The notes below the pieces were generated by a model. It saw only the letters and a program-made list of their open reading frames with translations, was not told the DNA's origin and did no database searches. A stretch of DNA of 64,000 nucleotides, taken from IMG/VR virus record IMGVR_UViG_3300012148_000003; one strand, 5' to 3'. The stretch is from a virus. Position numbers and translations under genes: made by a program. Position 1 is the stretch's first letter; each line of letters starts with the position of its first letter. Below are positions 9,963 through 19,308 of this stretch, piece by piece.

Positions 9963-10226
9963 TCATTCTATTTTTCCCATTTCTTTTTCTACCTGCTCTA
10001 CCTCTTTAATGTGCATTTCATGTTCACGTTTATGAAATTCTCCTTCAAGGCAATAATGCTTACAATACTGTTCATGGTTGTTCTTTTTTGTTTTCATTGT
10101 ATAATCACAAACAATATAATTCTTCACGAAATTTAGTGTGTATGGTGAATCTATTAATGCTTTTGCCGTTGGAATGTAAAAATGTGAACTATAACCGCAA
10201 TTTATACATTTAACTTTTTTACTCAT
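9963..10226 (-). CDS. Cys-rich hypothetical protein
   Basis: CINC plus C-terminal Cys/His residues. Confidence 0.6.
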   Translation of the reverse strand: MSKKVKCINCGYSSHFYIPTAKALIDSPYTLNFVKNYIVCDYTMKTKKNNHEQYCKHYCLEGEFHKREHEMHIKEVEQVEKEMGKIE

Positions 10227-10267
10227 TTATTCATTCGCTCCTCTTATTTTTTTATGAAATATAACTT

Positions 10268-10597
10268 TCATTCCATTTCTTCACTTTCTATTTCCGGATA
10301 ATCATCACCGTCTTCGATAATATTAATATTGATATCTTTGCTGATTGATGTTTTATTTTCCGAATTAAACATAAATGGTTCCTTGCCATTAATCATTGGA
10401 ACACCAAAACCTTCTATAAAATCACCATCATCATATCTTGTTTTCATCATGGCTAAATGTTCTGCCACTTCCTGTAAATTATCCGCTCTATAGAATGCAG
10501 AAGCCCATTCTTTTATTGTTTCTTCAGTCCAAATCTTTTCATCAATTTCTATTTCATATTCGTATGTTTTGGTTACTGTGCATTTAAATTTTTTCAT
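10268..10597 (-). CDS. Hypothetical phage protein
   Basis: 109-aa ORF with RBS. Confidence 0.7.
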   Translation of the reverse strand: MKKFKCTVTKTYEYEIEIDEKIWTEETIKEWASAFYRADNLQEVAEHLAMMKTRYDDGDFIEGFGVPMINGKEPFMFNSENKTSISKDININIIEDGDDYPEIESEEME

Positions 10598-10623
10598 TAT
10601 TTACTCCTGTCATTTTTATATTA

Positions 10624-10914
10624 TTACTTTATTTCGGTTTCAAGATCATCAATTGTTCTATAGGGTACTTCAATGTTATCAAAACACATTTGAACACATT
10701 CTTTCAACGTCTTATCTAACTCGATTGAGTTAACATAATAACTTCCAACGGGATTTAGGCAGGTGACATCATATGCTGTTCGTCCATATTCCCTTGTGTC
10801 CCACTTGTCTTTAAATACTTGAATTGTGTAGTTATTCCAATTGACAAAGAATTCGCCTTTTTTAGTTGTTTCATTTTCAACACTTATTGTTTTCCCTGCA
10901 TACTTTAGTTTCAC
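10624..10914 (-). CDS. Hypothetical phage protein
   Basis: 96-aa ORF with GGAGG RBS. Confidence 0.65.
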   Translation of the reverse strand: MKLKYAGKTISVENETTKKGEFFVNWNNYTIQVFKDKWDTREYGRTAYDVTCLNPVGSYYVNSIELDKTLKECVQMCFDNIEVPYRTIDDLETEIK

Positions 10915-10947
10915 AATGATTTATCCTCCTTCTTTGTTGACACCTAT

Positions 10948-11181
10948 TTAATGAAATAATTCTTTTATTCTTTGAGAAATAGCTTCATTTCCTAATAGAG
11001 GAAAATTCAATTTTTTGTCAATCATATAACCGCGCATCATAGACTGTAGAACTAATTTAGTAGGAAATACCACCGCATCACAATTACAACACCCATGATG
11101 TATTGTTCCATTATCACGCTTAATATCTTTTACCTGAAATCTGCTTCGAAATCCACAGTTACCACAAATATATTTTTTCAT
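10948..11181 (-). CDS. Zinc-ribbon protein
   Basis: CGNC and CCNC motifs. Confidence 0.6.
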   Translation of the reverse strand: MKKYICGNCGFRSRFQVKDIKRDNGTIHHGCCNCDAVVFPTKLVLQSMMRGYMIDKKLNFPLLGNEAISQRIKELFH

Positions 11182-11324
11182 TTTAGCCCCTTTCCAAAAA
11201 TCTTATTTTAGCTTAATCACAAATGACCACACCAACCAACCAAACTCAAGTAAATTATTTTCTCTGTGCCATAATATCGTCGGAAGAATTTTTACAATTC
11301 CTGATGTTTTACATATATCCCATA

Positions 11325-11735
11325 TCATAAAATCACCCGTCCATTCCACTTCTCAACAACTTCACCCTCTGATGATCCTATTACACGAGGACGTGCTGCA
11401 CATTCTTCACTCTCGCAACATAAGATAAATACTCCCTCTACAAAATTATTGTAATGTTTAGATGGTTCTGTACCGCAGAAAGGACATTCTTTTATTTTTC
11501 CCATATTAATTTCCATATCGTCGTCATCACAATCAGAATCATCGACGATTCCATTAATAACCTTCCTGCCACATGTATCACAATGTACTTCATTTAAATC
11601 AACTTCCTCAAAAAATCCACCACATTTTTCACATATACCAGTTCTATTATTCATAGTAATGATCACCTCCAGACTATCGTTTAACACCCAATATCCTCTG
11701 TTCCATAATTTCACAATAATGTTTTTCTGTTTCAA
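11325..11735 (-). CDS. Zn-ribbon fused to a Lar-like (restriction alleviation) domain
   Basis: C-terminal KECPFCG...C...CAA...EVVEKWNGR. True start is probably MNNRTGIC, since the track ORF overlaps the MTase. Confidence 0.6.
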   Translation of the reverse strand: MKQKNIIVKLWNRGYWVLNDSLEVIITMNNRTGICEKCGGFFEEVDLNEVHCDTCGRKVINGIVDDSDCDDDDMEINMGKIKECPFCGTEPSKHYNNFVEGVFILCCESEECAARPRVIGSSEGEVVEKWNGRVIL

Positions 11736-12411
11736 ATATTATGTAATTTCTCCCTGTATTAATGCATGCCACTGCAGTTGTTCCAGAGCCACCACAATTA
11801 TCTAAAACCAACTCACCCTCATTTGTGTAAGTTTTAATAAGGTATTCGCATAAAGCAACCGGCTTCTGCGTTGGATGTACCTTATCATTCTGGTTCCCAT
11901 TGCTAAATATTTGCACATCCAAAGGATATCTTTCTGTACTGTCATATGAAGTATTTCTTACTTCTCTACCATAACAACTATTACCATCTGATTCTTTTAT
12001 ATAATTTGTTTTTGCAATTTTTCTGTAGTGTCCTTGTGTTTTTTGCGGGTTATATACTGGTGGTTTTTTGTAAAATACCAATATATTTTCATGTGCTCTC
12101 ATTGGCATTTTTTTTGCATTCAGATGACCTTTAGGATGTGTTTTCTGCCATATCCATTCATACTTGAATAATTTAGTGTTACTCATTACCAACGCAGATG
12201 TAAATGGTTGACTACTGAACAGCAATATAGCTCCGTTAGCTTTTATGATCCGCTCATATTGTTCCCAGAGTGGTTCAAACGGTATTATGGTATCCCATTT
12301 ACATTGTGTTGTTCCATATGGTAAATCACATAAAATCATATCCACACTACCGTCCGGTATCATTTTCATACCTTCCAAACAATCCATATTATAAACCTTG
12401 TTTAACTCCAT
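11674..12411 (-). CDS. Orphan N6-adenine/N4-cytosine DNA methyltransferase (beta class)
   Basis: CDLPYG catalytic motif precedes HPTQKP and LDNCGGSGTT SAM-binding motifs. Confidence 0.92.
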   Translation of the reverse strand: MELNKVYNMDCLEGMKMIPDGSVDMILCDLPYGTTQCKWDTIIPFEPLWEQYERIIKANGAILLFSSQPFTSALVMSNTKLFKYEWIWQKTHPKGHLNAKKMPMRAHENILVFYKKPPVYNPQKTQGHYRKIAKTNYIKESDGNSCYGREVRNTSYDSTERYPLDVQIFSNGNQNDKVHPTQKPVALCEYLIKTYTNEGELVLDNCGGSGTTAVACINTGRNYIIFETEKHYCEIMEQRILGVKR

Positions 12412-12480
12412 ATTTTCTTTTGAAAAGAACCCGGCGCGCCATTTTTCCGGAAAGGTTCCGGCTCCTTTCGTTATTAAAGC

Positions 12481-12657
12481 TTAATTTTCTAACTCCGGCC
12501 AATCAGTTCCTCTGTATTGACCATAGGCGTATTCTTCCCAATACCCGCAGCATAGGCATTCATCCGAGTATTCAATAACCCCTAATCCCTCTTGCCAATA
12601 TTCATACTTTCTTTCAGCCTGTTCCCCGCACTTGGGACACGTTATAGCTTTTTTCAA
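12481..12657 (-). CDS. Small zinc-ribbon protein (58 aa, not in the ORF track)
   Basis: TTG start; MKKAITCPKCG...CLCCGYWEEY... Confidence 0.6.
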   Translation of the reverse strand: MKKAITCPKCGEQAERKYEYWQEGLGVIEYSDECLCCGYWEEYAYGQYRGTDWPELEN

Positions 12658-12899
12658 TCTTTTTCACTTCTTTCTCTAAAATTTACAGATACTTTAACAC
12701 GATGCACCTTTCCACATTTATGGCAAAAAAATCCATATTCACTTTCAACATGCCCCATTTCTTTATTTCCCTTGTATGCCTTGTATTGAAATGAATAAGC
12801 GTGTCTGCATAACAGGCGTTTTAATAAATTTCGCACATTATCACCTCTAATTTTTATTTGCTGACTCAAAAATCGATACCGGCAGCATATTAATTGCAC
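12654..12899 (-). CDS. Hypothetical Zn-binding phage protein
   Basis: LLCRHAY...CHKCGK; start uncertain. Confidence 0.55.
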   Translation of the reverse strand: MQLICCRYRFLSQQIKIRGDNVRNLLKRLLCRHAYSFQYKAYKGNKEMGHVESEYGFFCHKCGKVHRVKVSVNFRERSEKD

Positions 12900-13116
12900 T
12901 CCCTACATTTTGAGGAAAGTCTTTACAAATCATCTCTATTGCTTTTTTAGTTGCCAATATTTCTTCCGGCTCCATTCCGGTATCTTCATAGGCTTTCAGT
13001 TTCTCAATTCCCGTATCTACTTCATTACATGATATATCACCATAACAGTTAGATTTCTCTATGCAACCCAAACATTTAATCAAATCAGCTTGTGATCTTG
13101 TTGTTAATCTTTTCAA
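12847..13116 (-). CDS. Phage protein sharing its N-terminal module with 37305..37673
   Basis: MKRLTT.SQADLIKCLGCIE...LKAYEDTG.PEEI occurs in both. Confidence 0.7.
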   Translation of the reverse strand: MKRLTTRSQADLIKCLGCIEKSNCYGDISCNEVDTGIEKLKAYEDTGMEPEEILATKKAIEMICKDFPQNVGSAINMLPVSIFESANKN

Positions 13117-13156
13117 TTCCTTATCCCCTCCTTATGATCATTTCTTAAATATAATT

Positions 13157-13450
13157 TTACCGACTTCTCCAGCCCTTCTTTTTCATTTTCTTTATAGCCA
13201 ACTCCGCTTCATAAACAGTTAATCCGACCATGTTATTGAAACAGGATTTATTAAGATCCTTTTGATAAGACTGGATAATATGTCTGCCGCTTCGTTTGGG
13301 TAGAAGGGCAAGACGCTGTGTATATCCATATTGTGTATTTTCCCTTTCATAAATGACATCGAATTCTGTATCATCTACTTTCACAAAACCAATATCGGCT
13401 AATTTATCATCTACACTTTTAAAAAATTTCATTGTTTTATTTTCCTCCAT
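13157..13450 (-). CDS. Hypothetical phage protein
   Basis: 97-aa co-oriented ORF. Confidence 0.65.
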   Translation of the reverse strand: MEENKTMKFFKSVDDKLADIGFVKVDDTEFDVIYERENTQYGYTQRLALLPKRSGRHIIQSYQKDLNKSCFNNMVGLTVYEAELAIKKMKKKGWRSR

Positions 13451-13836
13451 CAGATGTTGATTGTTGCCTCATACGGTTCCAGCGGTTTTATCAGCGGTGT
13501 CCACGCGATGACTTTATTACCTTGCCAATGCCATCCAATATCAATACCCTTCCAAAAGTCAATTGTGGCAGATACACCATGTGCATGTGTGTAAGTAACC
13601 CAAACCTCTTCATATTTTTCTGGTAATTGTTCCTCAACTGGTATCCATTTATAACTATTACTCATAATATCAATTGCCATATCAATATCATTTCCGTGCA
13701 TTTCTTTAATTCTACCTGTAAGTGGATGCCTTAATACTTCAAGCGTCTCTTTTAGCCGCTCTAGTCCTTCAACTGCATCTTTGATCTGTCTGATAATTGT
13801 TCTTGCTTCCATTTGCTTCCCTCCATCAATAATCAA
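13450..13836 (-). CDS. DUF551-like domain protein
   Basis: WIPVEEQLPE...VIAWTPL. Confidence 0.7.
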   Translation of the reverse strand: MIIDGGKQMEARTIIRQIKDAVEGLERLKETLEVLRHPLTGRIKEMHGNDIDMAIDIMSNSYKWIPVEEQLPEKYEEVWVTYTHAHGVSATIDFWKGIDIGWHWQGNKVIAWTPLIKPLEPYEATINI

Positions 13837-13837
13837 G

Positions 13838-14113
13838 TTAAAATTCTATGACCCACACTGGGAAAGCTCCACGCTCTCCCTTTCCACAGTATGTATAACA
13901 ACCACTATTACTGTCACCATCATATTCACAAAAATCAGGAACTCTTACGTAATACCTGCAATATCTTTCGATAACCTCATCTAACTCAATTGCTCCAAGT
14001 CCCATTTCTTCAACTGCCAGTTCAAGAGCTTCCTCTTTGGTATATTTCTTTGCATGTACTACAAATTCATTGGTTGAGCTGCCTGTAAATTCCATATAAT
14101 CAAACTTACTCAT
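13838..14113 (-). CDS. Hypothetical phage protein
   Basis: 91-aa co-oriented ORF. Confidence 0.65.
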   Translation of the reverse strand: MSKFDYMEFTGSSTNEFVVHAKKYTKEEALELAVEEMGLGAIELDEVIERYCRYYVRVPDFCEYDGDSNSGCYTYCGKGERGAFPVWVIEF

Positions 14114-14139
14114 GTTATTTTCCTTTCTTAAAAATCAAT

Positions 14140-14397
14140 TTACTGACAACTTTTTATAGTAGATCCACCTCTTGGCAAGCACGGAATTTCCATAAAATGT
14201 GAACATCGTATATCAAGTATTATATTTTCATACTCAGCACTAATTTCACACATTCTGTTTATTGATTCTTGTGTTTTCTCAATTAAACTACACACCTCTT
14301 TATGTGTACACGATGAACATCTCTTAACATTTCCTGATACCTTCACGCTTCTCGGCATAGGTATATCACAACTTGTTTTTGGTAATATTGTTTTCAT
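14140..14397 (-). CDS. Cys-rich hypothetical protein
   Basis: CSSCTHKEVC motif. Confidence 0.6.
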   Translation of the reverse strand: MKTILPKTSCDIPMPRSVKVSGNVKRCSSCTHKEVCSLIEKTQESINRMCEISAEYENIILDIRCSHFMEIPCLPRGGSTIKSCQ

Positions 14398-14442
14398 TTT
14401 GTACTATTTCTCCTTTCTACCATTTAAGATAAAACTCGTCTT

Positions 14443-14739
14443 TCATGACTCTTTTTTAAATTGTTTATTTGATAAACTTTCCTTACTCGGTAACATTGTT
14501 AATATATATCCCCAAGGAATAAGAAGGTAACCACCATCATTATCAAGGAAGTGAAGCTGACCAATTCCAAGACCATTAACATTTATTAACTTTAGATGTT
14601 TGTATTTTTTTATTATTACACCTTTAAAAGTATTTGGATTCATTGAGATTTCATCTTTATCTCTAAAAATTTCAATGTCATAATACTTTTCTTGCATATT
14701 GTCTAATAAATCATGATAATTATTGTTACGTTGATTCAT
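14443..14739 (-). CDS. Hypothetical phage protein
   Basis: 98-aa ORF with RBS. Confidence 0.65.
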   Translation of the reverse strand: MNQRNNNYHDLLDNMQEKYYDIEIFRDKDEISMNPNTFKGVIIKKYKHLKLINVNGLGIGQLHFLDNDGGYLLIPWGYILTMLPSKESLSNKQFKKES

Positions 14740-14868
14740 TCCCCCACCCCTTCCTTATCTTTTAACATCTTTTGCATGTAAGTATTCCTTACTAAATTAG
14801 CTTTTTTTATAACAGCCTGGTTAACAGTATCAATATTTCCCAAATGAAAACATCTCTCTTTCAACTTA

Positions 14869-15990
14869 CTATTCAGTCAAATTTTCTATCTCACAAACAA
14901 ATTCATATGCCATTGCAACTTCATCTGCATCCAAGTGATTCTCTATCTTTTCAACAAATTCACAAAATCTATCATAAAGAGGTCTTGCTTTTTCTTTTTC
15001 AGTTTCCAGAATTTGCTTCACATCCGTATAATATTCTGATTCAATGATGATATTTTTCTTTGAGTTAGAAACAACAACTGGTTTATAGCCACGCTTTTTC
15101 ATTCCTTCCATATCGTCCTGATTGCTCACCGGAACCGCTTTTACACCATACTGGTTGATAAAGTCTTCCGCAATCTCATTTTTGATATTATCCGAAACAT
15201 GGCATGCATTGATATAAGTACCACTATAATTTTCCAAAGATCGTTTCATTATGTTTGTATCCTGTAATGATTCTATCATTCTTGCTGCGTACCATTTGAT
15301 GTCAAATGAATCAACCATATTTCTGTCTCTTTCAAGCCGGACGGTGTGAGGCTTGAAATTCAATCCAACTTCCAGACTCGGTTCTGTGCAGATGAATAAC
15401 CCTCCAACATAAACTTTTCCAGCATATTCCTCACCTTCTATAATGCTTCCGTATAATGTTTCTTTTACTCCTTCTAATTTCTGCAAATGCAGATTGGACG
15501 CCTCTATCTTTTGGTATTCTTCTTGAGTAATCCCCTCTATTTCAATAATCAAATTGTGCTCCGGTGAATTTTTCCATATTGGCATCTGCTCTACAAAGAA
15601 CGTTGGAATCAATGTACCACCATATTTTCTTGATTTTACTAATCGTGGTTGCCATAATTCTTTTCTGCAATAATTCCGGAATACAACTTTTTTACCAAGT
15701 CTAAGAAGTACGACTGTTGCTATTTTATATCCTTCCCCATGACTTCCAATCATTGCATGATTATTTTTCTTAGTTGTTGAACCAAAGAGTAGCGAGGAAA
15801 TGTCTAATTCGCTATGTTTGTTTCCTATTTGTATTACCTGATTTTTTTCATCGTACTGGAAGAACATTTTGTTTCCAACATCTCTAACCTCTTCATCTAT
15901 TGCATTTTGAAAAAACTCTCTTACAGCTTCCGTAACACCCCATTCGGGGACATACTCTGCACTCATGCTTAATTCATATTTACGCATCAT
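14869..15990 (-). CDS. GHKL (Hsp90/HATPase_c-like) ATP-binding protein
   Basis: REFFQNAIDE N-box, FGSTTK, IGSHGEGYK. Confidence 0.75.
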   Translation of the reverse strand: MMRKYELSMSAEYVPEWGVTEAVREFFQNAIDEEVRDVGNKMFFQYDEKNQVIQIGNKHSELDISSLLFGSTTKKNNHAMIGSHGEGYKIATVVLLRLGKKVVFRNYCRKELWQPRLVKSRKYGGTLIPTFFVEQMPIWKNSPEHNLIIEIEGITQEEYQKIEASNLHLQKLEGVKETLYGSIIEGEEYAGKVYVGGLFICTEPSLEVGLNFKPHTVRLERDRNMVDSFDIKWYAARMIESLQDTNIMKRSLENYSGTYINACHVSDNIKNEIAEDFINQYGVKAVPVSNQDDMEGMKKRGYKPVVVSNSKKNIIIESEYYTDVKQILETEKEKARPLYDRFCEFVEKIENHLDADEVAMAYEFVCEIENLTE

Positions 15991-16062
15991 ATCATCCTTT
16001 CAAATTAATTTCTCCGCAATTTAAATGCGCTACATATCTGGTATCTTTTATCTTGTATTTAT

Positions 16063-19000
16063 TTACACAACATCAATCTCCTTTAACCATGTCTGTCTTG
16101 TTGTATTATGATTTGTACGAATGCACTTTAAAAATGCATTAGGTTCTGCTAATAGTAAACATCTCTTTTTAGCTCTTGTGATCAATGTGTATAACATACA
16201 GTTGTCCAATAAAGTGTAATGAGTATTATCAATAATACCGATTACCGTTTTATAGCCGCTACCCTGTAATTTATGAACTGTCATAGCATAAGCCAAATCA
16301 ATCTGATCTAACTCGTTCTTACCATATTCAATCACTTTGTTTTTACCCAAAGCATCCTTATATGTAATTTCACAATATTCTTTTTTCTTACCACCATCAT
16401 ATTTTTCGTGAATATTAGTAATATATCCTATTTCTCCGTTGAATACATTTTTGTCGTAATTATTGACTGTTTGCATAACTTTTGCGCCAAGCCTATATTT
16501 TATATAGCCCTTATCCACAAGTCTTTTCTCTGTCCTAAAAAGTTCATCTTGAATTTTCTTATTTATTTCAAATGAACTGTTAATACAATCTTGTTTCCTT
16601 GGAACTGCAATAACCACTTCATCAATACCGTCAGCTTCTATGGATTTCAAATATGTTTTAATTGCAATATTTTGTAAAGATTCTCTATTTTCCCTAAACA
16701 TATAAAACATATCCTGCAATTCACCGTGAACAATTTTCAGTTCTGGACTAGATATTGGATTTATACCATCACGAATCATATTTGCGTCGGATAAGATACC
16801 TGACATTTCTGCTTGTCTCATTGGTTTTGTAAGTTGTTTTGAGTTAAACATATCAACACGAGATAACATGTCAGAGAAAACATTTCCGTATCCAATTGGT
16901 GGTAACTGCATATGATCTCCTGATATAATTAATCTTGTACCAATGTTTACTGCGCATAGTAAATTGTAAAATAATCTTGCATTGACCATACTTGCTTCAT
17001 CCAAATCAACTACGTCTGTAGGTAATGGATTATCATTATTATATGAAAATTCATTTAATCCTTGTGCGCCCAACGTCCTGTGAATTGTTGATGCAGGATA
17101 TTCAGTAGCCTCGGTTATTCTTTGTGCCGCTTTTGCTGATAATGCACAAGCCATAATGGAAAATCCTTTGTTTTTGTATATCTTATAAATTGCTTTCTTA
17201 ATGGTGGTTTTGCCGCAATTCCCAGTTATAAAAATCTTATTATTTCTTCTCAAAACTAACACATGACTGGGTACTGTAAAACAATATTCATATCCATCCT
17301 TTGTTTTATATTTTTCAAAAGTAGTTGGTGTATGATTTTTTCTTCTATCACAGCACAAGCTTACATTAGTTCTGTCGGATATTGAAACTGAGTATTCAAT
17401 TGATTTTGTTTCGTAATCTTTACCATTGACCGTTCGTTTTCTTCCCCTCCTGTCATTTGTAAATATATTTGCTCTTTTCCCAAGTGAAGAAAAAACAAAT
17501 TGGATAAAATCTGCGTTATTTTTTATTGTAGTAGAATATCTATTTTTTCTTCCAAAATCTCCATCCCAGTACATAACTTCTTCTGCAATTATTTCCAATT
17601 GATGTTTTGAACAGTTATACCAATCTTTAGGAAATTCTTTTATTCTATATGGCAAATATACATATACATTAACGTGGTCATCATTGGCAAATGTTTTAAT
17701 TTCATAATCCAGAGACAACTCTTTTATGATAGTAATTAGCCTAGATATTTTTCTTGCTTTTTTAATTCTAAATCTGGCTCTATTATATGTGCTCCACGAC
17801 GGGTTAGCATTGTAATTATAACTCGCATCACCTGATGCGGCGATTAATAGTCTAATCATATTATCACTTAAATCAATTCCCAAACCTTCATAACTGAATG
17901 TTGTTATAAATGAGTCATAGAATTTCAAAGCATTTTGTCGTTTCATAATTGAGCCAAAAGATTCTTCTTTTATAATTCCTTTTTGTGATCTGATGATACA
18001 ATTATGATCTTCACTTAAACACTGATCCAAACCATATTTGGTTTCAAAATGCCACAAATAATCTTTTAACCTCTTTATATATTTTGATGGATACACCAAT
18101 TCAGTCGTACCATCTTTGTTGTACTGTAATACTTTATCGCTCAATGAATATTCAGATATTTTTTTCCACTCTATACCATTGAAGAATTCAGTGTCACAAT
18201 CCACGCAACCGGCCTTGCCCGATATGATTGCCACATCACCTTTGACAGATGAAATAATTGCTTCTTTCTGTTCGTCAGAGTATATAAATCCTTGCTCGTC
18301 TTCTGCTTGTGTGATTCCCAATTCTATTTCTTTATCAGAAAAATCAAACTTATCATTGTGAAAATTACTTTTTTCAACTAATATTTCAAAAATTCTTTTT
18401 TCCAATTCACGATATATAAGTAAGCCAACTTTATCATTTTCCATATACAAGAATGAATTTGAAGCAAATAACTTAGGTAGTAATTCAATACATTCTGGAA
18501 CATTGTCACTAACTTTTCCTGCAAGAATATCTTTTGTAACCCATGTATGACCGTCATTCTCGCCTGTTTCTTTTAAGAAATAATCAACATATGCAACTAA
18601 CCTATACATTGACGTTTTTAATTCTGGCTTTAACTTAAGAGATAGGTCATCAACTCTTTTAAATCCTAATCCTCTTATTTTTGTCATCATATAAGGATTT
18701 TTCTTTAATTGCTCCTTTAATAATGCTGGATTTGGTTCTTCATTGAGTAGTTTTTTGATCATATTATATGTAACACCCAACGGCTGGAGCATAGTAATAA
18801 TGTCAGAAATTACATAATTATCAATAATACTATTCCTTAAACGATCCCATGATTTTTTACCAAGCCCTTTTATTTTGTCATAATCCAAATCCTGACATTG
18901 ACCGTTCATAACCTCTTCTATTACATTTGGGTATTCATCCAGAATATTTTTCGCTATTGTTTCGCTTACCAATGATTTTAAAAACAATTCTTGTGCTTCA

Positions 19001-19308
19001 AAAGTCTTTGGCTCTACAGCGATAATTGAAATTGGTACATATTGATAAGATGAATATTTATTATTCCATTCACAAGTCGCCCTTACCTTATATTCAGAAC
19101 CTAAATACAATTTCTGCATTTTACCGACTATACTACTCATTTTTTGTGAAACTTTTCTATCTGATAACGGATCAAAATAATCATTATAGTGTGGTATATC
19201 ATCTTTTGTTGTGAAATTGAAAATTCCCCAACTTGATTCATCACTATAATATCTTTCGTGTACTGGAATTATTGAAAACTCAAGTACAGTAATATTACCA
19301 TCTGACAA
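16063..19308 (-). CDS. recD2: RecD2-like helicase containing an intein
   Basis: Walker A GKAG|CGKTT split by the intein; DEASMV, SGDHMQL, AYAMTVHKLQGS, LYTLITRA. Confidence 0.92.
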   Translation of the reverse strand: MSDGNITVLEFSIIPVHERYYSDESSWGIFNFTTKDDIPHYNDYFDPLSDRKVSQKMSSIVGKMQKLYLGSEYKVRATCEWNNKYSSYQYVPISIIAVEPKTFEAQELFLKSLVSETIAKNILDEYPNVIEEVMNGQCQDLDYDKIKGLGKKSWDRLRNSIIDNYVISDIITMLQPLGVTYNMIKKLLNEEPNPALLKEQLKKNPYMMTKIRGLGFKRVDDLSLKLKPELKTSMYRLVAYVDYFLKETGENDGHTWVTKDILAGKVSDNVPECIELLPKLFASNSFLYMENDKVGLLIYRELEKRIFEILVEKSNFHNDKFDFSDKEIELGITQAEDEQGFIYSDEQKEAIISSVKGDVAIISGKAGCVDCDTEFFNGIEWKKISEYSLSDKVLQYNKDGTTELVYPSKYIKRLKDYLWHFETKYGLDQCLSEDHNCIIRSQKGIIKEESFGSIMKRQNALKFYDSFITTFSYEGLGIDLSDNMIRLLIAASGDASYNYNANPSWSTYNRARFRIKKARKISRLITIIKELSLDYEIKTFANDDHVNVYVYLPYRIKEFPKDWYNCSKHQLEIIAEEVMYWDGDFGRKNRYSTTIKNNADFIQFVFSSLGKRANIFTNDRRGRKRTVNGKDYETKSIEYSVSISDRTNVSLCCDRRKNHTPTTFEKYKTKDGYEYCFTVPSHVLVLRRNNKIFITGNCGKTTIKKAIYKIYKNKGFSIMACALSAKAAQRITEATEYPASTIHRTLGAQGLNEFSYNNDNPLPTDVVDLDEASMVNARLFYNLLCAVNIGTRLIISGDHMQLPPIGYGNVFSDMLSRVDMFNSKQLTKPMRQAEMSGILSDANMIRDGINPISSPELKIVHGELQDMFYMFRENRESLQNIAIKTYLKSIEADGIDEVVIAVPRKQDCINSSFEINKKIQDELFRTEKRLVDKGYIKYRLGAKVMQTVNNYDKNVFNGEIGYITNIHEKYDGGKKKEYCEITYKDALGKNKVIEYGKNELDQIDLAYAMTVHKLQGSGYKTVIGIIDNTHYTLLDNCMLYTLITRAKKRCLLLAEPNAFLKCIRTNHNTTRQTWLKEIDVV
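17218..18207 (-). mobile_element. 330-aa intein with LAGLIDADG-type homing endonuclease, inserted in the RecD2 P-loop
   Basis: Begins CVDCDTEFF, ends IFITGN followed by Cys+1; DOD-like blocks LLIAASGDAS and VMYWDGD. Confidence 0.88.
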
